Virus record (IMG/VR): IMGVR_UViG_3300027640_000008 | Span: 1-39,196 of that record | Length of the DNA: 39,196 nucleotides | Origin: a virus | Lineage: Duplodnaviria > Caudoviricetes | Strand: one strand, 5' to 3' | Notes under the pieces: model-generated | What the model saw: the letters and a program-made list of their open reading frames with translations, nothing else | Databases searched by the model: none | What the model was told of the DNA's origin: nothing | Position numbers and translations under genes: made by a program | Shown: positions 1 to 7,502 of the stretch, in pieces | How the letters are laid out: each line of letters opens with the position of its first letter | Position numbering within the stretch: the stretch's first letter is position 1

Positions 1-72
1 TACGAGGCAGCAGTTGCCGCGATGATCCTCACGGACCGCGACGCGATGGCCGCCCTGGCCGCCCACGTCTGA
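1..72 (+). CDS. 3' end of a small hypothetical protein (partial; probably the gene that starts at 39163)
   Basis: Frame 1 reads YEAAVAAMILTDRDAMAALAAHV* with GC-rich third positions; TGA overlaps the ATG at 72. Confidence 0.55.
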   Translation, partial: YEAAVAAMILTDRDAMAALAAHV

Positions 73-302
73 TGGAGGCCACAAGCCCCGCCCACCCGGG
101 CGGGGCTGTCCGCTACCTGTCCCGGCCCGAGGTGGCTGCGCGTATCGGTGTGAAGCCGGACACGCTCAACCGGTACAAGCTCCCACCGCACGACGCGCAA
201 ATCGGCGCCCGGCTCGTTGGTTGGCTCCCCGAGACGATCGACGCATGGAACGCGAGACGGCCCTCGAAGCGGGCTCCGTCACTACCCAGGAGGGGACAAT
301 GA
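72..302 (+). CDS. AlpA/excisionase-like HTH DNA-binding protein
   Basis: RYLSRPEVAARIGVKPDTL...GWLPETIDAW pattern typical of actinophage HTH regulators. Confidence 0.75.
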   Translation: MEATSPAHPGGAVRYLSRPEVAARIGVKPDTLNRYKLPPHDAQIGARLVGWLPETIDAWNARRPSKRAPSLPRRGQ

Positions 303-598
303 GCGATCGCCAGATTCAGGCCGAGATTGGGGAGATACTCGCCCGACATCCCGACCCGTGCGACAAGCACCCCGACGACGACCCGATCGCCTGCGGGTGG
401 AAGCGGTTGGTCATGGACCTCCGCGCCGCATGGCACCGAGTAGAAACCGCCGAGGCCGAGCGTGGCGGCGACTGCGAGGCCGCGCTACGGGAGTTGTTGC
501 GTGGCGGCAAGGCGGTCTCGCTGGGCGACGGCGCGAGGTACTTCCGGGAGGCCGACCTCCGCGCCGTCCTCGCTAGGGGGCGGACGCATGAGCGTTGA
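299..598 (+). CDS. hypothetical protein
   Basis: AGGAGG RBS; ATGA overlap with the upstream gene; MSDRQIQAEIG... Confidence 0.7.
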   Translation: MSDRQIQAEIGEILARHPDPCDKHPDDDPIACGWKRLVMDLRAAWHRVETAEAERGGDCEAALRELLRGGKAVSLGDGARYFREADLRAVLARGRTHER

Positions 599-884
599 CC
601 AGACGGATATCACGGTCACACTCTTTGACGCAGACGTGGGTGTGATCGCGTCCTGCACGTGGCCCGACCTCCGCGGCTGCAACCCGGACGACCCGCACGC
701 CGAGGCGCTCGCCAGATCCATCGCGCAGGGCCGGTTCGTCGACTGGATTCGCACCCAAGCCCCCCGCGCCGAGGTCTGGTTCGACGCCGCGCACGTAGCG
801 ATCCGCCAGGACGCAGCTGCCGACATCGTGGTCTACGCGGGCGAGACGCTCCACGCCATTGCGGGCCAAGTGGTCCGCTCGTGA
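588..884 (+). CDS. hypothetical protein
   Basis: MSVDQTDITVTLFD...; good codon bias; overlaps the previous gene. Confidence 0.7.
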   Translation: MSVDQTDITVTLFDADVGVIASCTWPDLRGCNPDDPHAEALARSIAQGRFVDWIRTQAPRAEVWFDAAHVAIRQDAAADIVVYAGETLHAIAGQVVRS

Positions 885-886
885 CC

Positions 887-944
887 CGCCCGCACCCTTG
901 TTCCCGCGTCTACTAGCCGCCCGGGTTGTGCGCGGGTTGCGGGG
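887..944 (+). repeat. 58-bp direct repeat, copy A (copy B at 39014-39071)
   Basis: CGCCCGCACCCTTGTTCCCGCGTCTACTAGCCGCCCGGGTTGTGCGCGGGTTGCGGGG; one mismatch to copy B. Confidence 0.95.
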
Positions 945-978
945 TGTCATACACCGGGGGTACGATGGGTGTATGACA
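937..978 (+). promoter_or_regulatory. leaderless sigmaA-type promoter with inverted-repeat operator
   Basis: TTGCGG-N18-TACGAT with ATG 6 nt downstream; perfect 11-bp inverted repeat TGTCATACACC (945-955) / GGTGTATGACA (968-978). Confidence 0.75.
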
Positions 979-1170
979 ACGACGATTACAACCGTGGCCG
1001 AGCTGGAGGCCCTGCCAGAGCGCGTGGTGCTGCTGTGCGCGGACGGAGAGGTGCGCTCGACGTGGCCGACTGGGCTCCGCGCGTTCAACGGCTCCGACAT
1101 CAGCACGCGGGCACAGATGGCGCTGATGCTTCCCGCCGCGATCATCCATGACCCGCGAGTTGCACCGTGA
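973..1170 (+). CDS. small hypothetical protein (65 aa)
   Basis: MTTTITTVAELEALPERVVL...; leaderless start. Confidence 0.7.
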   Translation: MTTTITTVAELEALPERVVLLCADGEVRSTWPTGLRAFNGSDISTRAQMALMLPAAIIHDPRVAP

Positions 1171-1328
1171 GCCCGTCGAAGGGTGCGCCGGTCATCTCGT
1201 TCCGCGTGTCCCCCGAGTTGCGTGCCCGCATCGAAGCCAAGGCGGCGCGCATGGGGGATGGCACGACACTGACGGCGGTCATCGTGGCCGCGCTGGAAGA
1301 CTACGTGGAAGGTGAAGGGGATGAGTGA
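1167..1328 (+). CDS. ribbon-helix-helix (CopG/Arc-like) regulator
   Basis: Not in the ORF track; MSPSKGAPVISFRVSPELRARIEAKAARMGDGTTLTAVIVAALEDYV is a beta-strand plus two helices; GTGA overlap. Confidence 0.8.
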   Translation: MSPSKGAPVISFRVSPELRARIEAKAARMGDGTTLTAVIVAALEDYVEGEGDE

Positions 1329-1569
1329 GGGCATGGAGTGGCTGGACCGCGAGATGGACCGTGGTGCCGGGCCGCTCGTCGACCGACTGCTCGCGTTCAG
1401 CGAGTACCGCGCGTGCCCGCGGACGGCTGACGGTACAGCGACGCCCGAGCACCACAAGGCACGGATGCTCGTGCTCACGGATCGCGGGTATGAGTGCGTC
1501 GCCGTCGAACTGGCGGTGCGGAATGGGATGCCCTACGCGCCATACCCGCACACCCGAGAGGACGTGTGA
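1321..1569 (+). CDS. hypothetical protein
   Basis: MSEGMEWLDRE...; GAAGGGG RBS. Confidence 0.6.
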   Translation: MSEGMEWLDREMDRGAGPLVDRLLAFSEYRACPRTADGTATPEHHKARMLVLTDRGYECVAVELAVRNGMPYAPYPHTREDV

Positions 1570-1570
1570 C

Positions 1571-1762
1571 GTGGACTGGACGACGACGGACGGGTGCGCG
1601 CGCTGCGCCGAGCATGGCCCGTTCTTCCCGGGCGGCACCTTCTACGTCGGGGATGAGGCTGCACGTGATGCGCACCAGGCGTGGCACGGGTTCGTCGCCG
1701 CGTACTTGGAGGCCGCGCACATCCCGCAACTACTGGACTGGCTGAGCCGCCGTCTCGCCTGA
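1571..1762 (+). CDS. hypothetical protein (CxxC-H)
   Basis: GAGGA RBS; GTG start; MDWTTTDGCARCAEHGP... Confidence 0.6.
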   Translation: MDWTTTDGCARCAEHGPFFPGGTFYVGDEAARDAHQAWHGFVAAYLEAAHIPQLLDWLSRRLA

Positions 1763-1773
1763 CCCTGGACGCA

Positions 1774-1815
1774 CGAAAGCCGCCCCCCTCCCGCTTGTGG
1801 CAGGAGAGGGGCGGT
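1774..1815 (-). terminator. intrinsic terminator between convergent operons
   Basis: Stem CCGCCCC-CTCC / GGAG-GGGGCGG followed by TTTCGT on the minus strand. Confidence 0.65.
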
Positions 1816-1866
1816 GGTGTGTGCGGGGCTGCGGGTTGACCGGTTCGCAGGGTGCGAGTTGACCGG

Positions 1867-3057
1867 TTAGAGCACGGGGTCGAGGTCGTGCACGTGCCCG
1901 TCGGCCGTCCAGAACGTGACCGAGCGGCTGGGGGAGTCCTGCCCGTGACGGTGCCGGAACCACGACGACCCGCCGTCCATCGCGGGTACCTGCACCCACA
2001 ACCTGCGCCCACCGTGGTCCTGCACGCGCAAGTGGTGGAAGTGCCCGGACAGGAGCACGTCAGCGTCACCGATGGGGGACCGTCCGCCGGCTTGCTCGTT
2101 CCACCACTTCAACGGGTCACGGCCGAACTGGTGCCCGTGCGCGAGACCGAGCACGGTCCCGGACACGTCCACTGTGACTGTGAGTTCGTCGTGCTCAGGG
2201 AAGATGAACCTCACCCGGTCCTTGAGGTCGGGGTTCTCGGCCACGGCGTCTTGCACGGATGACGCGGCTTCGATGGCCCACGAGTCTGTCGCCGTGGTCA
2301 TGGGGTTCCGGGTCGGCTCGTCGTGGTTGCCGGGGACCACGGGGACGAGGATGCGTGGCGCGGTGGCGTATGCCTTGACTTGCGCCCACAGGAGCCGCCG
2401 GTACACGCGGACCATCTCGGTGAGACCCAGGTCAGTACGCCCGACGACGGCACCGTTCTGGGAGACCGTGCCTTCGATGCAGTCTCCCAGTTGGGGCAGG
2501 ACAACTTGCGCGAAGTGGTTGCTGCGGTCGAGCCGTTTAAATCGGAGGCGGCACGTCCGCGGCTGTCCCCCGCATCCTCGGGGAGATCGAAGTTGGTGCG
2601 CACCGTCGATCTTCCCGACCTGCGTGTCGCCGATCGGCGCCACGAACGACGCGGACTCTAAAGCCGACTCTGAAGCCCGACTCTTAACTCTGAAGCGGGC
2701 GATGTCCTTGCACAGTGCGTCGAGGTCCACCCGTGCCGCTTGTGCCGTGCGAGCCGGGAGGATGGACAACCGGACGGACTCAAGCCATTCACCATCCCAC
2801 CGTTGCCACCGTGACCGGCGCACCCGTTCCACCGACCACTGTGCCGGGTCCAACCCGAACTCGTCGAGCACGGCCCCGTGGTCAGAAAGGGTCGCCTGCG
2901 CGACCGGTTGCGGCTTCGACACGACGAACCCGCCGTCCGTGTCATCAACCTCCATGCGAGGCTGCCACCCATCCGGGTAAGCCTTCCGCCCCGCCACATG
3001 CTGCGGACCCGTCGGCCCAGGGGACGCGAACGCGTCAGCGACGGCGCTCATAGACAC
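1867..3057 (-). CDS. calcineurin-like metallophosphoesterase (Mre11/SbcD-like), with an apparent internal inversion
   Basis: Motifs GDTQ, LGDCIEG, PGNHDE, AHGHQ, SGHFHH. Confidence 0.85.
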   Translation of the reverse strand: MSMSAVADAFASPGPTGPQHVAGRKAYPDGWQPRMEVDDTDGGFVVSKPQPVAQATLSDHGAVLDEFGLDPAQWSVERVRRSRWQRWDGEWLESVRLSILPARTAQAARVDLDALCKDIARFRVKSRASESALESASFVAPIGDTQVGKIDGAHQLRSPRGCGGQPRTCRLRFKRLDRSNHFAQVVLPQLGDCIEGTVSQNGAVVGRTDLGLTEMVRVYRRLLWAQVKAYATAPRILVPVVPGNHDEPTRNPMTTATDSWAIEAASSVQDAVAENPDLKDRVRFIFPEHDELTVTVDVSGTVLGLAHGHQFGRDPLKWWNEQAGGRSPIGDADVLLSGHFHHLRVQDHGGRRLWVQVPAMDGGSSWFRHRHGQDSPSRSVTFWTADGHVHDLDPVL

Positions 3058-3275
3058 CGCTCACGGTGACGCTTCACCGGGTGCTCACTGACCCTGAACC
3101 CGAGCCCCGTCAACTTCGCCGCGATGATCGCGTGCGGCCACACCTTCGGGGGTGCGGCGAGTGCGGCCTCAACGTTGGCCCGCCCCTCCCCGTCAAGCAT
3201 GGGGAGGATGTCACACACCTTGCAGATGATCGGTGGTGCTGGTGGGGAAGCAAATGCCTCAGCCACGGAGCTCAC
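3048..3275 (-). CDS. small CxxC/HTH-like protein coupled to the phosphoesterase
   Basis: CKVC...HAIIAAKLTGLGFRVSEHPVKRHRERC; GTG start after GAAGGG. Confidence 0.7.
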   Translation of the reverse strand: MSSVAEAFASPPAPPIICKVCDILPMLDGEGRANVEAALAAPPKVWPHAIIAAKLTGLGFRVSEHPVKRHRERCL

Positions 3276-3293
3276 GGTGTTCCCTTCGGCTGT

Positions 3294-3322
3294 GACCCGC
3301 CCCACGCTTACGGGGGCGGGTC
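3294..3322. terminator. GC-rich hairpin (terminator-like)
   Basis: GACCCGCCCC...GGGGCGGGTC perfect 10-bp stem. Confidence 0.5.
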
Positions 3323-3358
3323 GTGGTCAGTCGGTTGAAGGTCGGTCCGCTCGGAGTG

Positions 3359-3526
3359 CTACCGGGGGCCGGGGCGAGCGGGCCCCAGCGCATCGACGTC
3401 TTGCGGACCGACCGCTTCATGGGCTGCTACTTGCACGGCCACTGAGGTCCCAGCCCGGATCGCAAGCTCAGCGATCAAGTCCGCGTTCAGGGCGCGTAAC
3501 CGGGCACACTCCTGGCAGTCGTTCAC
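3359..3526 (-). CDS. small hypothetical protein
   Basis: MNDCQECARLRALNADLIAEL...; GTGA overlap. Confidence 0.5.
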   Translation of the reverse strand: MNDCQECARLRALNADLIAELAIRAGTSVAVQVAAHEAVGPQDVDALGPARPGPR

Positions 3527-3654
3527 GCCGCGTCGAACCGGCAGCAGACCGCCCACGCCGCACGCGACCGGTGCCGGGTCAAACAATCCGCGCACTCCCA
3601 ATACGGCCCGAGGTCGTCATACCCCTCAAGCGTGGGCAGGTCGGTGGGGCGCAT
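3523..3654 (-). CDS. small Cys-rich hypothetical protein (43 aa)
   Basis: MRPTDLPTLEGYDDLGPYWECADCLTRHRSRAAWAVCC; fills the gap after the holin. Confidence 0.5.
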   Translation of the reverse strand: MRPTDLPTLEGYDDLGPYWECADCLTRHRSRAAWAVCCRFDAA

Positions 3655-3657
3655 CAG

Positions 3658-4035
3658 TCAGTCGACGTACGGGGGGAGCGCTTCGGCCTTGGCTTCCCGT
3701 AGCGCGTCCTCGAGTTCGTTTACCTGGTCCACGAGGTCGATCAGGTACTCGGCCAGTTCCTCCGTGGAACCAATGTCGTCGCGGCCTTCGATGAGGTTCT
3801 GAACCTTGGCGACGATCCCAGCGAGTGCCGTGCCAACGAGCCCGATTGCGAGGACCAGCCCGGGGGTGATCTCGTAGTCGACACCCACAAGTTCGAGGAT
3901 GGCGTTGGCTGCGTCACCCACGGGTGGGATCGCGACGGCGACGAGGAGTGCGGCGAACGACCCGGCGACCTGTACCGCTGTGCGGAGGGCGCGGAGGGTG
4001 GATTCGACGGGGGCGGGGAGTGCGCGCTTGAGCAC
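3658..4035 (-). CDS. holin
   Basis: Two hydrophobic segments and an acidic coiled-coil tail; downstream of the endolysin; AGGAAGG RBS. Confidence 0.7.
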   Translation of the reverse strand: MLKRALPAPVESTLRALRTAVQVAGSFAALLVAVAIPPVGDAANAILELVGVDYEITPGLVLAIGLVGTALAGIVAKVQNLIEGRDDIGSTEELAEYLIDLVDQVNELEDALREAKAEALPPYVD

Positions 4036-4050
4036 GGGACTGCCTTCCTG

Positions 4051-4155
4051 TTAGTGAACGGTCGTGCCGGCGACACCGGCAACGGTGATGAGTGCAAGAG
4101 CAAGGGGGATGAGCCACCACGCGTGCCCAACTTCACGGAGCGGGTGGTGGTGCAC
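4051..4155 (-). CDS. small membrane protein
   Basis: MHHHPLREVGHAWWLIPLALALITVAGVAGTTVH; single TM segment in the lysis cassette. Confidence 0.5.
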   Translation of the reverse strand: MHHHPLREVGHAWWLIPLALALITVAGVAGTTVH

Positions 4156-4157
4156 GG

Positions 4158-4880
4158 TCAGAGGCGGGCGCGGAGGGCGTCGAGGATCGCGTCAGCGTTG
4201 ACCCCGGCGACGTCACGGACGATGCCCTCAATGTCAGCGAGCGCAGCAGTCGTCCCGGCCTGCGCACCCGTGGCCGCGGCGGTCTCAATCCCGGCGAGCA
4301 GTTTCGCTTCGTCGAAGTCCTCACCAGCAGCCAGGGCGTTGATCGCACCGACAAGCCCGGTGATCTTCGCGTCGATGGCGCGGGCAATGTCCCACGTGTA
4401 GTACGAGTAGTTCGTGGAGATGCGTTCCTGCTCACCCCACGTGGACGCCTTGCCGGTGGCAGGGTTGATGCCGAGGGCGTCGTCGAAGCTGGGCATGTCG
4501 TCTCCTGTGTCGAGGTTGGGGAAGTATTCGAAGTGCCAGGGTTCGGCGGGCATGATGGTGCGGTGCCACCCGTAGGACGGGTGTGCGAGCAGCCAGCCTT
4601 GGGCGCCGGACGCGGAGGGGATGTCGAGGGCCATGCCTTCCCCGTGCCAGGACCATCCGGGGCGTTCGGCGAGGGTGCCCCCGGCCTCGTACTTGGCTCG
4701 CAACTTGGCCTGCTCGAAGTACGTGCGGTACGCGGAGTTGACCCCGGCCGGGCACCCCGCTGCGCGTGCCCGCAAGTACGACGCCGCGGCGTCCTTACGC
4801 AACACAAACCCGCCACCAATCGGCGCCAGCAACGACGTGGGGATCCGACCATTCAGGGACGTGATGACACGCGTAGTCAC
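4158..4880 (-). CDS. endolysin, M15 (VanY-like) zinc peptidase
   Basis: SAYRT, SWHGEGMALD (SxHxxGxAxD) and EPWH motifs; helical C-terminal domain. Confidence 0.85.
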   Translation of the reverse strand: MTTRVITSLNGRIPTSLLAPIGGGFVLRKDAAASYLRARAAGCPAGVNSAYRTYFEQAKLRAKYEAGGTLAERPGWSWHGEGMALDIPSASGAQGWLLAHPSYGWHRTIMPAEPWHFEYFPNLDTGDDMPSFDDALGINPATGKASTWGEQERISTNYSYYTWDIARAIDAKITGLVGAINALAAGEDFDEAKLLAGIETAAATGAQAGTTAALADIEGIVRDVAGVNADAILDALRARL

Positions 4881-4882
4881 GG

Positions 4883-5218
4883 TCAGCCGCCGAAGACTGC
4901 GTTGAGGACCCCGGTGACCGTTGCTGCCACACCCACAGCGGCCACAACCCATGTGGCCACGAACCGGCGGTCAGCGGTGCGTTGCGCGGCCTGCGCGTCG
5001 AGGGTTGCGGTGAGCCGCTTGTGTCGTTCGTCGGCGGTGAGTTCGTGGGTGCTCAACGCTTGCCGTGTGGCACGCGCTTCAGCGTCGATGCGTTTGACTT
5101 CGGCGTCGTGTTCGCGGCGGGTGACCATTGCGTCGAGCCGCCCGGTGAGGTCTACGCGGAGGTCGCGGACGTCTTGGCCCACACGGTTGATGGCGTCAGT
5201 GATCGGGTCAGTGGGCAT
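4883..5218 (-). CDS. lysis-cassette membrane protein (coiled coil + C-terminal TM)
   Basis: MPTDPITDAINRVG...; GGAGG RBS; C-terminal hydrophobic helix. Confidence 0.7.
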   Translation of the reverse strand: MPTDPITDAINRVGQDVRDLRVDLTGRLDAMVTRREHDAEVKRIDAEARATRQALSTHELTADERHKRLTATLDAQAAQRTADRRFVATWVVAAVGVAATVTGVLNAVFGG

Positions 5219-5260
5219 GCGGGGGCCTCCCGTGTTCGCGGGCGCGGTATCGTGCAGGGC

Positions 5261-5410
5261 ATGGGCGATGGTCTGTGTTTGGCGCCGGTGTACTGGCTTG
5301 ACGGTGAACTCGAAGAGTCCTGCCAACTTCCCGCCGACCACGAGGGTGACCACTTTGACGGTTTCTCGTGGTTCGACGAGTACAGGCAGCGGGCCGACTC
5401 CCGCCACTAG
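5261..5410 (+). CDS. small counter-oriented moron protein (49 aa, C..C..H..H)
   Basis: MGDGLCLAPVYWLDGELEESCQLPADHEGDHFDGFSWFD; TATCGT -10 box 7 nt before the ATG. Confidence 0.55.
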   Translation: MGDGLCLAPVYWLDGELEESCQLPADHEGDHFDGFSWFDEYRQRADSRH

Positions 5411-5428
5411 GCGGGGTCACCCTGGTCC

Positions 5429-5887
5429 TCAGGCGGGGATGAGGGTCCACCCGGCGGGGTATGCGGTGGGTGACCATACGTTCGCGGCGATCTTGGACTC
5501 GTAGACCTTGCCGCCGAACGTCACCCTGTCCCCGATCTGATAGGCGTCGTGGGCCCCTGTTGGGGCGACCCACTCGGGCGGTGCGGCGCTCTCGGTGACG
5601 ATCTCCCGCCACCCGGACACCCCGGGTTCCCACACGCACGCCGGGGCCAGGGCTTCCCACGTCTTGCCGTTGTGTGTCACCTGCCAGCCCTGGGGGTACG
5701 CGTCGTGGGCGGCCGTCGGGGCGATCCACTGGTCGCCGGGTTGGTCACCGCGTGCGGACATGTACCGGGCGGCGAGTGCCTCAGCTTCCGCGCTCCCGTT
5801 CGCGAGGGTCCATCTGCGGATACGTTCGGCGGCGGCGGACTCGATCAGCGCGCCCAGGTCGGTGTCGGACATGCCGGTCAGGTCCAC
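5429..5887 (-). CDS. tail-associated protein with two CBM5/12-like carbohydrate-binding repeats
   Basis: Twice WxAPTxAHDAYxxGxxVTxxGKxxE...VWxP...GW. Confidence 0.8.
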   Translation of the reverse strand: MDLTGMSDTDLGALIESAAAERIRRWTLANGSAEAEALAARYMSARGDQPGDQWIAPTAAHDAYPQGWQVTHNGKTWEALAPACVWEPGVSGWREIVTESAAPPEWVAPTGAHDAYQIGDRVTFGGKVYESKIAANVWSPTAYPAGWTLIPA

Positions 5888-5898
5888 GTCGCCCCCTG

Positions 5899-6441
5899 CT
5901 AGTCGACCGGGTGCCCGGACAGGGCACCGAGGTAGAAGTTGTGCGTGGCCGTGGACGGGGCGCGGACGTAGATCGTGTTGTTGGTCAGGATCTGCCCCCA
6001 CCCGGTGGCCCCGCCGGTCGTCGCCATGCCCGCCCCGGACGCGTAACTCGGTGCGTGGCCCGACGCCGTGGTGCCAATGGTGGTGGTGGCGTTCGCCGTG
6101 AAGGACCCAGAGATGGAACCCCGGAGGTAGAGGATCCCGCCCTTGACCCGGGATTGGGCGTTCGTGCCCGTGAACCCGGGGGCCGTGGTGATCGTCACCC
6201 ACCCGGTGTCGTCCACGGGTGGGGCCGCCTGCCCCCACACGGTCGCCTTCGTCCCGTGCCGCAACACCAACACCCGGTCAGACACCGCCAGGCCCGCAGT
6301 CATCGGGGACAACGTGACCGTCAACGGGTCATCGTCATGTTCCAACGTCACCTGCAACGGTGACACCTGTGTCACGGCACCCCAACGCCACCCATCACGC
6401 TCACCCTTCGGACCCGGCAACAACACGTCAAGACCGTTCAC
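5899..6441 (-). CDS. minor tail protein
   Basis: OB-like N-terminus followed by a DTGW beta-rich domain; tail operon position. Confidence 0.75.
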   Translation of the reverse strand: MNGLDVLLPGPKGERDGWRWGAVTQVSPLQVTLEHDDDPLTVTLSPMTAGLAVSDRVLVLRHGTKATVWGQAAPPVDDTGWVTITTAPGFTGTNAQSRVKGGILYLRGSISGSFTANATTTIGTTASGHAPSYASGAGMATTGGATGWGQILTNNTIYVRAPSTATHNFYLGALSGHPVD

Positions 6442-7502
6442 GAGGACACCCCCCGCAACGTCGTAAGCATCAACGGACCCGCCTCACCCGGAACCAACGA
6501 CACGGCCCACCCCTGCACCGACGCCGGACCATCCGTCAACGTCACCACGTCATGCAAGTCCTGCGGCACCATCGCATGCTCAATGTCATACGTCGCGGAC
6601 ACGGCCTCGAGCTCGATCAGCCGGCGCGCGGCGATAGCATCCGCGACGGTTTGGGAGGTGGCGTCGTGGTCCTCGACGACGGTGATCCATCGGCCCCGGG
6701 ACGGCTCCGAGAACCGTGACGACGCGTCTGTGTTCTCGGCCAGTCCCACGAGGCCCGTCACGTCGAGGGTGCCGTCCGAGATGACGATCACCCGGTTCGG
6801 GACCGCGATCAGATCCTCATCCTTCGACCAGTCCGGGGTGACAATCGCATCCGGGCCAGGGGTAAACGCGCGCACGGGCACCCTGTCCTGGGGGCGCACA
6901 TACGGGGACGCCGTAAACCGCCCGTACCGGTCACACCGCAACGACCAGTAGTTTATGGACGCGAGCAAGTCGTTCGCGATGCGCAGGCGCGTCGTGCCCG
7001 CCTCCCACACCATCCCCGACGTCAGGGTCTCCGTTGACGCGGTGATCGCAACAGCGGTCTCCCCCGCGGCGGCGATCACCGTAGCCACAGCATCCGTCAC
7101 CACAGTCCCCGCGGGCAGTGAGTAGGACTGTGACACCGCGTCCTGGTCAAGCACGGCCAACTTGTCGAGGAGCTCAACCCGCCACGACGTCGGCCCGTCC
7201 GAGTGCCGCTCGCGGGGGGACGCCAACAGGTACACACCTAACGGCCACGACCCGTAACCGTCCACCGTGAACCACGGCATCACCCGGGCGCTGAGCCAGT
7301 CCACGCCCTGCCCCACATCCGACAGGGACAGGGTGCCGCCACCGTGGATCGTCGCCCCCGCCTTATGATCCAAGCTGAGGCCGGTCACACCGTCCAACGT
7401 GCCCACCGTCGCGTCATCCGCCGTCAGCAAGTCCACCCGCCACGACTCCACCCGGTGCGTCGTCAACGGGTCAGGACCCGCCGGCAACCAAAGGTCAGGC
7501 AT
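6438..7502 (-). CDS. minor tail protein (baseplate hub-like)
   Basis: PLGVYL, VPNRVIV and GRWIT motifs typical of actinophage hub proteins. Confidence 0.75.
   Translation of the reverse strand: MPDLWLPAGPDPLTTHRVESWRVDLLTADDATVGTLDGVTGLSLDHKAGATIHGGGTLSLSDVGQGVDWLSARVMPWFTVDGYGSWPLGVYLLASPRERHSDGPTSWRVELLDKLAVLDQDAVSQSYSLPAGTVVTDAVATVIAAAGETAVAITASTETLTSGMVWEAGTTRLRIANDLLASINYWSLRCDRYGRFTASPYVRPQDRVPVRAFTPGPDAIVTPDWSKDEDLIAVPNRVIVISDGTLDVTGLVGLAENTDASSRFSEPSRGRWITVVEDHDATSQTVADAIAARRLIELEAVSATYDIEHAMVPQDLHDVVTLTDGPASVQGWAVSLVPGEAGPLMLTTLRGVSS

Noticed and set aside
1-72. Direct circular join of 39196 to 1, fusing the 39163 ORF to the HTH gene
   Set aside because: The join is stop-free but uses a frame with poor codon bias; frame 1 is more plausible and there is no terminal overlap, so a gap is more likely.
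887-944. True integron attC sites with an IntI integrase
   Set aside because: No RYYYAAC inverse core, and the integrase looks like an ordinary phage tyrosine integrase with arm-type sites.
2072-2980. Long antisense ORFs (also 8653-9702, 11445-12461, 15912-17219 and others)
   Set aside because: Shadow ORFs expected in high-GC DNA opposite well-supported genes; Arg/Pro/Ser-rich with no motifs.
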